Shown: piece by piece, positions 37,798-47,159 of the stretch
Layout of the letters: each line of letters starts with the position of its first letter
Position numbering within the stretch: the stretch's first letter is position 1
Source: Planctomycetota bacterium
GTDB lineage: Bacteria > Planctomycetota > GCA-002687715 > CAIWVZ01
NCBI GenBank assembly: GCA_044222185.1
Contig: JBGANV010000001.1
Coordinates: 1,312,001 to 1,376,000 of the forward strand
DNA: 64,000 bases
Reading direction: 5' to 3'
Notes under the pieces: model-generated
Seen by the model: only the letters and a program-made list of their open reading frames with translations
Database searches by the model: none
Told to the model about the DNA's origin: nothing
Program-made: the position numbers and the translations under genes

Positions 37798-40422
37798 TCA
37801 GACTGCCGCCGGCTTGCGGTCGGTTTTCTGGCGGAAACCCAGTTCGCCCCGCTGGGCGTCGATGACCGCCGTCCCGCCCTCGGTGTAGGTCCCGTCCAGA
37901 ACCCCGCGGGCCAGCTGGTCGACGACCCGCTTCTTCACGACTCGCTTCAGAGGTCGGGCGCCCATGGCCGGGTCGTAGCCCTCCTCCGCGAGGATCACCT
38001 TGGCGGCATCAGTGACCTCGAGGCCGATCCCCTGAGCAGCGAGGCGCCTCACGACCGGTTGAAGCTGGATTTCCACGATCCTTCGCAGGTCCGCAGCGTT
38101 CAGGCGGTGGAACAAGATGATCTCGTCCAACCGGTTGATGAACTCCGGTGGGAAGTGCGCGCGGACTTCGTCGAGCACGGCGTTGCGGACCGACTTCTCG
38201 TCCGGGTCGCCCGCCGTGAGCAGCCGGCTTCCCAGGTTCGACGTCATGATGATCACGGCGTTTCGGAAGTCGACGGTCCGCCCCTGGCCGTCCGTGAGGC
38301 GCCCGTCGTCCAACACCTGCAACATGGTGTGGAACACGTCAGGGTGGGCCTTCTCGACCTCGTCGAGCAGGATGACGGCGTAGGGACGACGTCGGACCGC
38401 CTCGGTCAGCTGCCCGCCCTCCTCGTATCCGACGTAGCCGGGCGGCGCACCGATGAGCCGAGCGACGGCGTGCTTCTCCATGTACTCCGACATGTCGATG
38501 CGCACGAGCGCGCTCTCGTCGTCGAAGAGAAGCCACGCGAGGCTCCGGGCGAGCTCGGTCTTCCCGACCCCCGTCGGGCCCAGGAACAGGAACGATGCCG
38601 CTGGACGGTTCTCGTCGGCGAGGCCGGCGCGCTGGCGGCGCACCGCGTCCGCAACGGCGCTGATCGCCTCCTCCTGACCGACGACGCGCTCGCGGAGTCG
38701 ATCCTCGACGGTCAGGAGCTTCTCCTTCTCCGACTCGAGGAGCTTCGTCACGGGGATCCCCGTCCACGCAGCGACGACCTCGGCAATCTCCTCCTCCCCG
38801 ATCTCCTCGCGAAGCAGCGGCTCCTTGCCTTGCACGCCGCGGAGCTTCGCGCGCAGCGCTTCGATGGACTGCTCGGCTTCCTTGATCTTGCTGAACCGGA
38901 TCTCGGCGAGACGGGCCACACCGGCCCCGTCGAGCAGGCCGCGCTTGTTCTGCGACTCCAGCATCTGCTCCTGGCGACGGAGCTCCTTGAGCTGTTCCTT
39001 CGCCTCGGAGATCTGCTTCACGGCGCGGCGCTCGTTCTCCCATCGGGCGCGCATGCCGCTCGCCGTCTCCTGGCTCGTGGCGAGTTCTCGCCGGACCTCG
39101 GGCAGGCGCTCCCGGCTCTTCGAGTCGGTCTCCTGCTTGAGCGCCTCCTCCTCGATCTTCAGCCGATCGATCTTCCGCTCGAGCTGATCCAGTTCCTGGG
39201 GCGGCGAGTCGATCTCGATCCGCAGGCGCGACAGTGCTTCATCGACGAGATCGATGGCCTTGTCCGGCAAGTGCCTGTCGGTGATGTAGCGATCGGCCAT
39301 CTTCGCGGCCGCGACGAGGGCGGAGTCCCGGATGCGGACGCCGTGATGGACCTCGTACGCCTCCTTCAGCCCGCGGAGGATCGCCGACGTCTCTTCCACG
39401 CTCGGTTCACCGACGAGCACCTTCTGGAAGCGCCGCTCGAGGGCTTTGTCCTTCTCGATGAACTTGCGGTATTCGTCCAGGGTCGTCGCGCCGATGCAGC
39501 GGAGCTCTCCGCGCGCGAGCGCGGGCTTCATCATGTTGGCCGCATCCTGCGCGCCCTCGGCCTTCCCCGCGCCGACGACCGTGTGGAGTTCGTCGATGAA
39601 CAGCACGACTTCGCCGGCCGAGCGGGCAACGTCCTTGATGACGGCCTTCATGCGCTCTTCAAACTCGCCGCGGAACTTCGTCCCGGCGATGAGGGCGCCC
39701 ATGTCGAGCGCGAGGATCCGCTTGCCGCGAAGACTGGTCGGAACGTCGTCGCTCGCGATGCGGTGGGCGATGCCCTCGACGATCGCGGTCTTCCCGACGC
39801 CGGGCTCGCCGACGAGAACGGGGTTGTTCTTCGTTCGTCGCGTCAGCACCTGGATGACCCGGCGGATCTCGGCGTCGCGCCCCACGACCGGGTCGAGCTT
39901 CTTCTCGTGCGCGAGTGCCGTGAGGTCGTTGCAGTACTTCTGCAGCGCGCCGTAGGTGTTCTCGGCGGACTCGGACGTGATCGGCTCGTCTCCGCGGACG
40001 GCCTTCACGAATTCGTCGACCTTGGCTGGCGTGATCCCCATCCGCTTGAACGCGGTCGCGAGGTCGCCCCCGGCACCACCGGCGAGGCCTGCGACGACGT
40101 GCTCGGTCGACAGGAAGGCATCCTTGCGGCGCTCCATGTCGCGCGTCGCGGCATCGAGCAAGCGCTGAAGGTCGCGCGCCACTCCCAGGTCTGCACCTTC
40201 CACCTTCGGGAGCTTCTTGATCTCGCGATCGACGGCAGCATCGACCTGCGCAGCATCGACCCCGACCCGCGTGAGGAACTCGGGAAGGAGCCCGCCTTCC
40301 TGGTCCAGGAGCGCGCGGATGAAGTGGGCCGGTGTGAGCTCCGGGTGACCCGAGCGACGCGCCAGCTCGGATGCGGACTGGAGGGCCTCGCGCGTCTTGG
40401 TGGTCATGCGGTCAGGTTGCAT
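37798..40422 (-). CDS. clpB: ATP-dependent chaperone ClpB
   Basis: Clp N-domain, [21 protein letters not shown], coiled-coil M domain, [19 protein letters not shown]. Confidence 0.96.
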   Translation of the reverse strand: MQPDRMTTKTREALQSASELARRSGHPELTPAHFIRALLDQEGGLLPEFLTRVGVDAAQVDAAVDREIKKLPKVEGADLGVARDLQRLLDAATRDMERRKDAFLSTEHVVAGLAGGAGGDLATAFKRMGITPAKVDEFVKAVRGDEPITSESAENTYGALQKYCNDLTALAHEKKLDPVVGRDAEIRRVIQVLTRRTKNNPVLVGEPGVGKTAIVEGIAHRIASDDVPTSLRGKRILALDMGALIAGTKFRGEFEERMKAVIKDVARSAGEVVLFIDELHTVVGAGKAEGAQDAANMMKPALARGELRCIGATTLDEYRKFIEKDKALERRFQKVLVGEPSVEETSAILRGLKEAYEVHHGVRIRDSALVAAAKMADRYITDRHLPDKAIDLVDEALSRLRIEIDSPPQELDQLERKIDRLKIEEEALKQETDSKSRERLPEVRRELATSQETASGMRARWENERRAVKQISEAKEQLKELRRQEQMLESQNKRGLLDGAGVARLAEIRFSKIKEAEQSIEALRAKLRGVQGKEPLLREEIGEEEIAEVVAAWTGIPVTKLLESEKEKLLTVEDRLRERVVGQEEAISAVADAVRRQRAGLADENRPAASFLFLGPTGVGKTELARSLAWLLFDDESALVRIDMSEYMEKHAVARLIGAPPGYVGYEEGGQLTEAVRRRPYAVILLDEVEKAHPDVFHTMLQVLDDGRLTDGQGRTVDFRNAVIIMTSNLGSRLLTAGDPDEKSVRNAVLDEVRAHFPPEFINRLDEIILFHRLNAADLRRIVEIQLQPVVRRLAAQGIGLEVTDAAKVILAEEGYDPAMGARPLKRVVKKRVVDQLARGVLDGTYTEGGTAVIDAQRGELGFRQKTDRKPAAV

Positions 40423-40467
40423 GGAAGTCTCTCCCGGCCGGGAATTCACCACGGCCGTCCCCCATCA

Positions 40468-40483
40468 TGCAAAGCCCGGACCA
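40468..40483 (-). promoter_or_regulatory. Putative sigma-54 (-24/-12) promoter of clpB
   Basis: Minus strand TGGTCCGGGCTTTGCA = GG-N10-GC with TTGCA, ~45 bp upstream of the start. Confidence 0.55.
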
Positions 40484-40680
40484 GGAAACAGGTGACACGA
40501 GTTCGAACGGCGCATGCGCGGATCAACCCATTCCCGAGGGGAATTCAGCGGGCTTCGACGCCGACGTGCAGCGCGCTGACCGACTGACGGGCGCAGGCTG
40601 CCAACGTGGCAGCGACGGCGCGGAGAGCGCGATCCGGTCGCGGGCGCTCTCGACCCCGCGTTCGGATGACGTTCGGGCAG

Positions 40681-40707
40681 AAAAAAAGGGCGGCCCAGGG
40701 CCGCCCT
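40681..40707 (-). terminator. Intrinsic terminator after the dksA-like gene
   Basis: AGGGCGGCCC-A-GGGCCGCCCT inverted repeat followed by a T run on the minus strand. Confidence 0.85.
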
Positions 40708-40741
40708 CTCGCCTCACGATCGCGTCGCGGACGCGCGTGAA

Positions 40742-41155
40742 TCAGTCGACGATGTGGAACTCGTCCGACTCCTCGCTCCGCAGGAGTCCCTGCGTCTCGA
40801 GTTTCTCCTGGCAGTCGATGCAGTACTGCGCGTTCGGCATGTACTCGAGGCGTGCGAGCGCGATGGGTTCCTTGCACTCCTCGCAGACCCCGTACGTGCC
40901 ACCGTCGATCTTGCCGAGCGCCTCTTCGATGTCGCGCAGCTCTTTCGATCCGCGCGCAGCGGAGTCGACCATGATGTCGCGATCGAGTGATGCCGCCGCG
41001 CGGTCCGCCGAGTCGCCGCCAGCGTCCGAACCGAGTTCCTCGACCTCGCCCATCTTGGAGCGGCTGTTGTCCAACAGCTGGTTGCGGCGCTTGACCAGAT
41101 GGTTCCGCATCTTGTCCATTTGCGCCGCGGTCAGGCCTTTCTTTTTCGTTGTCAC
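40742..41155 (-). CDS. DksA/TraR C4-type zinc-finger protein
   Basis: D.AD.A, GTYGVCEECKEPIALARLEYMPNAQYCIDCQ; GGGAGA RBS before GTG. Confidence 0.9.
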   Translation of the reverse strand: MTTKKKGLTAAQMDKMRNHLVKRRNQLLDNSRSKMGEVEELGSDAGGDSADRAAASLDRDIMVDSAARGSKELRDIEEALGKIDGGTYGVCEECKEPIALARLEYMPNAQYCIDCQEKLETQGLLRSEESDEFHIVD

Positions 41156-41484
41156 GGTGAGCTTCTCCCGAACGTCGCTGCGCATCGAAGACGACCGAGG
41201 CGCATCGATTCGACTTATCGAACGCGTGCCCACGAAACTCAACCGGAGCCTTCGCCGGCCGCGCCCCGCCCTGCGCGAAGCTCCACGAGGAGATTCGTCC
41301 CCCGACGGGTTGGTCGGCGTTAAGTACGTGCCCGAGTTGAGGAAGGTGAGTCGACGCACAAAAAAACCGGCGCCGGGGTGGCGCGGGAATTTTGGGGGGC
41401 CAGGATATTCACACCCGGCCACAACGCATAGGGGAAATTCCAACCGACGCAAAAATCGACCGGATTCCAACGAAAACCCGACGC

Positions 41485-42042
41485 TCAGGGAACGCCGGGG
41501 AGCAGGACCTCCCCGCGCAGCAGCGCCCATCGCAGAAGTCCGACCAGGCAGAACGCGTCCTCGATGGCGCCGCGTGCAAGGAGGTCGCGGACCTCGGCGG
41601 GTGTGCAACACCAAGGCTCCAGCGCCTCCCAAGGCTCCCGCCGCGCATCGCCCGCGCGGAGACCCCTGGCCTCGAAGAGGTGGCCGACGTGGTCGGACAG
41701 GCCCGCGAGCGGGACGAACGTCCCCAACGGCGTCCAGGTGTCCGCCGTGTACCCCGTCTCTTCGAGAAGCTCGCGCCGGGCGGCGGCATCCGGGGTCTCG
41801 ACGGGGTCGACGCGCCCCGACGGCAGTTCGATGAGCACTCGCCCGACGCAGTGCCGGTATTGCCGTATCAGAACCACCCGGCCGTCGTCGAGGACCGGCA
41901 CGACGGTCGCAGCTCGCGGAAGTTCGATGACGTAGTGGACGCCGGACAACTCGCCGCGGCGGATGTCGTCCTCGCGAACGGAGACGAACGGGTTCTTCAG
42001 AATGGTGCGGCTCGCGAGCGTCTCGTACGGGTCCAGGCTCAC
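41485..42042 (-). CDS. NUDIX hydrolase (ADP-ribose pyrophosphatase-like)
   Basis: LIRQYRH...ELPSGRVDPVETPDAAARRELLEETGY Nudix box; GTGA overlap. Confidence 0.9.
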   Translation of the reverse strand: MSLDPYETLASRTILKNPFVSVREDDIRRGELSGVHYVIELPRAATVVPVLDDGRVVLIRQYRHCVGRVLIELPSGRVDPVETPDAAARRELLEETGYTADTWTPLGTFVPLAGLSDHVGHLFEARGLRAGDARREPWEALEPWCCTPAEVRDLLARGAIEDAFCLVGLLRWALLRGEVLLPGVP

Positions 42043-42452
42043 GCGAGCGCTCCGCCGTGCGGGAGCGGCGCCGTGGTGGCACAGCCGTGCGCCCGCGACG
42101 GCAGGAGGTGCGAGTCTTCGATGCCGTGCAGGGCGGCGAGCCATAGCCGGATCGTCTTCTGGACGACGTCGTCTTCGTCGGGAAACTCGGCGCGGAGCAT
42201 GGCGGCCATGAGGTTGACGAGTGGCCCGTCGGGCTCGACGAGGACTCGGGCGAAGTGCTCGCCGTCAGCGTGCTCGAGCACCACGTGACCTCCCCCGCCG
42301 ACCTTGGACTCGAACCGTGCCCTCGCACGGTGTTCGAGCCCGGAGAGGCATACGACGCCCTCGCGGCTCTCGTAGAGAACATTGGCGGTCGCAGGCGTCA
42401 CGTTCATCCCGAGCTGGACGACCCGGAAACACCCGAGGACTGAGTCTGACAT
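42039..42452 (-). CDS. Hypothetical protein
   Basis: ORF with genome-like codon bias, translationally coupled to NUDIX. Confidence 0.6.
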   Translation of the reverse strand: MSDSVLGCFRVVQLGMNVTPATANVLYESREGVVCLSGLEHRARARFESKVGGGGHVVLEHADGEHFARVLVEPDGPLVNLMAAMLRAEFPDEDDVVQKTIRLWLAALHGIEDSHLLPSRAHGCATTAPLPHGGALA

Positions 42453-42517
42453 GGAGGTTGCCCGTTCGGAGTGACACGCACTCGACCCGACGTCACGCTT
42501 CGCTATCATCCGGCCCT

Positions 42518-44380
42518 ATGAAGCCAGGTGCAGCGGTTTTCATCGCGCTTTTTCTCACCGGGGCCGCCGGGGCGCAAGCCGAACGCGTCGTCGCGTTCGT
42601 CGACGGCCGCCGTGATGAGGCCGCGTCGATCGAGGGGCGAAGCACCTGGACGCGCGATCGCGCAAAGGTCGGGATCGGCCTCGCCGGTTGCAGGATCGAA
42701 CCCAACGGCAAGGACCGCTACTTCGGGATCACGCTCTTCGAGATCCCCACGGTCGGTGCGAAATCCCTGGTCGTCGTCGCGTTCCTCGAAGGCGAGACCG
42801 AGAGCTCGTGGCGCCTCCGCATCGACGACGAGAAGTCGAAGGATGCCGGCAAGGATTCGGCAATCGAGTACGTCACACTCAAACCCGGACGGAATGAGAT
42901 CCCGCTCGCGCTCGAGGGCCGCAAGACGGAGGGCGGACGCGCGCTCGACCTGTCGAAGCAAGTGCAGCGGCTGCAGATCTCACGCAAGGCCACTCCCGGC
43001 GACCCGGCGATCGTTTTGGACGGCGTGATCGCGAAGGACCCGGCGAAAGGACCCGGAGGCAAGTCGCTCCTCGCCGAGCTCGCCGGCGAGAAGGACGGCT
43101 CCACGCGCGCCCGCATCCTCCGCGAGCGACTCCCGCAGCTCGTCGCGGATCAGGACGTGGTCGAGGTCGCGACGCACGTCCTCGGTAGTGACGAGTACCC
43201 CCGCGCGCGTCGCGCAGCACGGGAGGCGCTGACGCGCATCAGCAACGCGGCGGCGCTCAAGGCGTTGGCGGAGGCGGCAACGAAGGCGGCGGGCCCGGCC
43301 CGCATCGAGATGCTCTGGGCCCTCGCGGGGTGCCCGTCGACCGACGCTCGAGCGCGCGCGTTCACGCTGGCGCGCGAAGCGAAGTCGGCTGAGGACCGCG
43401 CGGCCCTCATCAACGGCCTGGGGATCGCCGGCGGCTCCGACGTCGCCGGACTCGCCGATGCAGCGCCGGCGAATGGCGTTTGGCCGCCCCGCGCGGCGCT
43501 CGTCCACAGTCTGCGAACGGCGGCCGACCGTACCGCGGTCGATGCCTTGATCGCGATCCTCGCGGATCCGGGGTGTACGCGGATTGCCGACGACGCCGAG
43601 GATGCACTCGTGGCGCTCACTGGCAACGATCTCTTCGGGAGCAACGCGGTCGCCTGGAAGGACTGGTGGGGCGTCAACCGCGAGAAAGTCGAGTTGACTG
43701 GAAAGGGGCGACGCAAGACGTCGTCCTATGCCACCACGACCTTTTACGGCCTCGCGGTCCCCAAGGGTCGCGTCGCGTTCGTCCTCGACACGTCCGGATC
43801 GATGAACGAACCCGTGGGCGGCGGGAAGCTCGCCGAATACATGGCGAGCGCCAAGCACCTGAGCCCCACGGGCATCCGGACGCGGCTCGACCTCGCCGCT
43901 GCGGAGCTCGTCCACGCCGTGCTGGAGATGAAGGAAGGCTCGACCATCGGGGTCGTCGCCTACTCGGCGAACGAGAATTGGATCACGAAGGGCTTCGAGA
44001 AGCTCGAGCCATCGCTGCGGGATCGGATCGCCCAGCGGGTGAAGTCCGAGACTGCGGGACGAAGCACCAACATCTACGCCGGGCTGTATGCCGCATTCCA
44101 CCCGGAAAAGAAGCCGCGGGAAACGGACCTGGTCGATGGGCCCGACACCATCTTCCTGCTCTCGGACGGCAACCCGAGCTCCGGCAAGTTCAAGGACCTG
44201 GAGGAACTTCGCGACGAGGTCCTGGCGTGGAACCTGGGTCGGATGATCCGGATCAACTCCGTCAACGTCGGCAACGCCGACGCGCGGCTGCTCCGCGGGC
44301 TTGCCAACGCGTCCGGTGGTACCTTCCTCGACCTTCAATCCGAACGTCGCGACGACCCGAAGGATCGACCGCGTGACTGA
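42518..44380 (+). CDS. Secreted HEAT-repeat/vWA-domain protein
   Basis: Signal peptide, HEAT units, W..WW motif, MIDAS VLDTSGSM, TNIY, IFLLSDG.P. Confidence 0.85.
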   Translation: MKPGAAVFIALFLTGAAGAQAERVVAFVDGRRDEAASIEGRSTWTRDRAKVGIGLAGCRIEPNGKDRYFGITLFEIPTVGAKSLVVVAFLEGETESSWRLRIDDEKSKDAGKDSAIEYVTLKPGRNEIPLALEGRKTEGGRALDLSKQVQRLQISRKATPGDPAIVLDGVIAKDPAKGPGGKSLLAELAGEKDGSTRARILRERLPQLVADQDVVEVATHVLGSDEYPRARRAAREALTRISNAAALKALAEAATKAAGPARIEMLWALAGCPSTDARARAFTLAREAKSAEDRAALINGLGIAGGSDVAGLADAAPANGVWPPRAALVHSLRTAADRTAVDALIAILADPGCTRIADDAEDALVALTGNDLFGSNAVAWKDWWGVNREKVELTGKGRRKTSSYATTTFYGLAVPKGRVAFVLDTSGSMNEPVGGGKLAEYMASAKHLSPTGIRTRLDLAAAELVHAVLEMKEGSTIGVVAYSANENWITKGFEKLEPSLRDRIAQRVKSETAGRSTNIYAGLYAAFHPEKKPRETDLVDGPDTIFLLSDGNPSSGKFKDLEELRDEVLAWNLGRMIRINSVNVGNADARLLRGLANASGGTFLDLQSERRDDPKDRPRD

Positions 44381-44879
44381 CACACCCTCGATTTCGATTC
44401 GCCCCGCGCAGCCCGACGATGCCGGGGCATACTTGATGCTCGTCGAGGCGCTCGCCACCTACGAGAAGCTCGCCCCGCCCAACACGGAGGCGAAGGCCCG
44501 GCTGATCGAGCACCTGTTCGGACCGCGTCCGCTCTACAGCCTGCTGCTCGCGGTCGATCACGGCCGCCCCATCGGATACGCCGCGTACCTGCGGACCTAC
44601 TCGACCTTCCTCGCCCGCCCCACGCTCTACCTCGAGGATTTGTTCGTGCTCCCCGAGTACCGCAGCCATCGCGTGGGTCATCGCCTCTTCCTGACGATCG
44701 CGCGCATCGCGCGCGCCGAGGGGTGTGGCCGCGTCGACTTCCTCGTTCTCAAGTGGAACCAGCTCGCGAAGGACTTCTACGCCCGCCACGGGGTCCGAGA
44801 CCTCGGCGAGGAGTGGTCGCTCCACCGTCTCGAGAACGACGAAATCCGCCGCGTCGCCGAGTCCGACCCGAACGCCTGA
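44373..44879 (+). CDS. GNAT N-acetyltransferase (SSAT-like)
   Basis: LATYEK, YSTFLARPTLYLEDLFVLPEYR, VLKWN..A.DFY. Confidence 0.9.
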   Translation: MTDTPSISIRPAQPDDAGAYLMLVEALATYEKLAPPNTEAKARLIEHLFGPRPLYSLLLAVDHGRPIGYAAYLRTYSTFLARPTLYLEDLFVLPEYRSHRVGHRLFLTIARIARAEGCGRVDFLVLKWNQLAKDFYARHGVRDLGEEWSLHRLENDEIRRVAESDPNA

Positions 44880-44882
44880 CCC

Positions 44883-44955
44883 GCCCGCGTAGCCCAATGG
44901 CAGAGGCAGGGGACTTAAAATCCCTCCAGTGTGGGTTCGAGTCCCACCGCGGGCA
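44883..44955 (+). tRNA. tRNA-Leu (anticodon UAA), short variable loop, CCA not encoded
   Basis: Acceptor GCCCGCG/CGCGGGC plus A73; anticodon loop CTTAAAA; T arm GTGGG-TTCGAGT-CCCAC. Confidence 0.92.
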
Positions 44956-45261
44956 TCCGCAAGTCCGCCTGCCGCACCGGGTTTCCGGCCGAAGCGCGGA
45001 ACCTTCCGTTCGAACGGGGACGGTCACGGCGTGAATGCTCCGGGTTCGGTGACGCCGACAGCCGCGCGTTGGGCGTCCGGTTGAGCTCCGGCAGCCGTCG
45101 CCGGTGGCGATGTTCGCGACCGCCGCCGCGGTGTCCGCGATCCGCAGGCCCGAGTGGTGCCGCACCGTGATCTGGACGCTCCCGCCGCTCGTCGAGCTTC
45201 GCCCCGATCCGGCCCAGCGGGCGGACGCCAGTCCTCACTCACCTCTCCCGCTACCCGTCGA

Positions 45262-45447
45262 TCAGGACTTCACCGCGACGCGGCGGAGTTTCATGGTCCC
45301 CACCGCGGCCGAGGTGATCGCAATGGTGGCGTTGAGCACGATCGCCAGCACCTCGTGAGAAGATCTCGAGGCGATGTGCGCCGCGTTCGCCGCCATCATT
45401 CCGGAAACGAAAAACGCGGTCGCGACCGCAAGCATCGATCGGGTCAT
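45262..45447 (-). CDS. Small two-helix membrane protein (hypothetical)
   Basis: 61 aa, two hydrophobic stretches, basic tail, GGGAGA RBS. Confidence 0.5.
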   Translation of the reverse strand: MTRSMLAVATAFFVSGMMAANAAHIASRSSHEVLAIVLNATIAITSAAVGTMKLRRVAVKS

Positions 45448-46510
45448 GTCGATTCTCCCAGCATCACGGGGCGATCAGGTTACCGCCATGGCTCGCGTAT
45501 TCGTCGATCCGCACTGATATGCGGTGACAGGATCTCCAAGACTAGAATTTCCCCGGTCTCGGGCGGGGCCGAGAGGCGACGAGCGGGGAACTTCTCGCCC
45601 GGGCGTGCGCGAAGCCAACCGTGGCGAGAACCGATCGTCGCCGCTTCTTCCCGGCGAGACGTTCGCTCGATGGGTCGTCCCGTTTTTCCGGCGGACTCCC
45701 GTGCGTACGTCTTCGTCCGACAGGTCGGCGACGTGTCCCGATGTCCCGGACGCCCCCGGAGGTCCTGACGTCCCCGGTGCCCCGGAGCCTGGATGCACGA
45801 CGCTGACCCCCATGCGGACACCTGGGACGCGGAGACGTCGGGGACACCACGAGCCGGACCGCTCTCGGGCCACCCCGGAGGGCGGTTCAGCCCCTCGGCG
45901 GACGCGCGCCGGCGCGCCGATTCCGATCGAGCCGTTCACGGACTCCATGGAGTCCGCCGCCTCGGCTCGTGCGCGCACGTGACGAGCCCGGTCGCGAACG
46001 GAGTTTGGTCGCGAGCGCGTGGATCGGCGGCATCCGTGGGTCGTCCGGGTCGTGGGCGGACCCGTTCCAGCCAGCGCTTCGGGGCCCATCGTGGACGACG
46101 AGCCTTTCTCGCGGCGTGGCGTGAGCCGCACAGCACCGCGAAGGTTCCACGCCCGCTGACGCATCCGGCGTCCGTTGCCCTCGATGTCGACGGCCAGCGC
46201 GGCGGCCAGCGGATGTGCGGTCGAGCGGGACGCCCGGGTCAAGACGGGCGCCCATCGACGCCGTCAGCGCCCTCGGACCGCGGTGCGGGCTTGCGATGAG
46301 GGCTGTGCGAGACCTGGTCGGCGGTCGTTCAAGTCTTCCGAAGCCACGCGGCCGGCGCCGGAGACACCGTCGGCTTGCGCCCGAACAGGTTGGCGACGCA
46401 CACCGTTGCGCGGGGGCGTAGGATGACGCCCCGAAGGCGGCCGGTCGACGGTGAGAATCCGCGATCGTCGGGCTGACGAAGTGCAGGCCGGCCGCGGACC
46501 CGACAGCTGC

Positions 46511-47119
46511 ATGGCCGAACCGACAGCATCCCAACCCAACCCGGCGGAGCCTTTACCCGACGAACTGCTGAGGCGCTGGCAGGACGACGGCGACACGGAC
46601 GCCCTGGACGCGCTGCTGCGCACCGAGATCGGTGCGTTGAAAGACCTCATCCGCGCGCGAGGCGGCAACCTCATGAGCGGAAGCGCCGGCGCTTCGGATC
46701 TCGCGCAGGAAGCAGTCCTCAAACTCCTGGAACTGGAGAGCGCCCCGACCTTCACGGATCCGCGCGCGCTTCGCGGCTATCTGTGGACGACGGCCTGGCG
46801 ACTCCTGCTGCAGCGCGTCCGACGGCCCTACCGACGCCGACGACAGATCGACCCCGCGGCGTCGAGCCAACTCCCCGCGGAGTGGATCGTCGACCCCACC
46901 GCGGGCGCCGGCGAAGAGTTCTCCGCGCTCGACCTCGCCATGAACCTGCTCCCGGCCGACGCTCGGGACCTCCTCCATGCAGTGTATTTCGACGGGCGCG
47001 CGGTGAACGAACTCGCGGAGGCCGCCGGCGTGTCGGACTCGGCGATGAAGATGCGGCTGATGCGAGCCCGACGCGCGCTGGCGAGTCGGCTCGCCGCCTG
47101 GGAGGACGCGATCCGATAG
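46511..47119 (+). CDS. ECF sigma factor (kinase-associated type)
   Basis: ASDLAQEA, FTDPRALRGYLWTTA, region 4 ELAEAAGVSDSAMKMRLMRARRAL. Confidence 0.88.
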   Translation: MAEPTASQPNPAEPLPDELLRRWQDDGDTDALDALLRTEIGALKDLIRARGGNLMSGSAGASDLAQEAVLKLLELESAPTFTDPRALRGYLWTTAWRLLLQRVRRPYRRRRQIDPAASSQLPAEWIVDPTAGAGEEFSALDLAMNLLPADARDLLHAVYFDGRAVNELAEAAGVSDSAMKMRLMRARRALASRLAAWEDAIR

Positions 47120-47159
47120 CTCGATGGGCTGCGCGTGTGCGCGGCCCTGAGGCATCCCG

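Noticed and set aside
38059-40587. Long antisense ORFs (842 aa opposite clpB, 939 aa opposite the kinase, and many others)
   Set aside because: Shadow frames expected from high GC3; no motifs; the opposite strand has clear family signatures
44930-44955. tRNA 3' end as att site of an integrated element
   Set aside because: No integrase next to the tRNA and no duplicated 3' end noticed within the window
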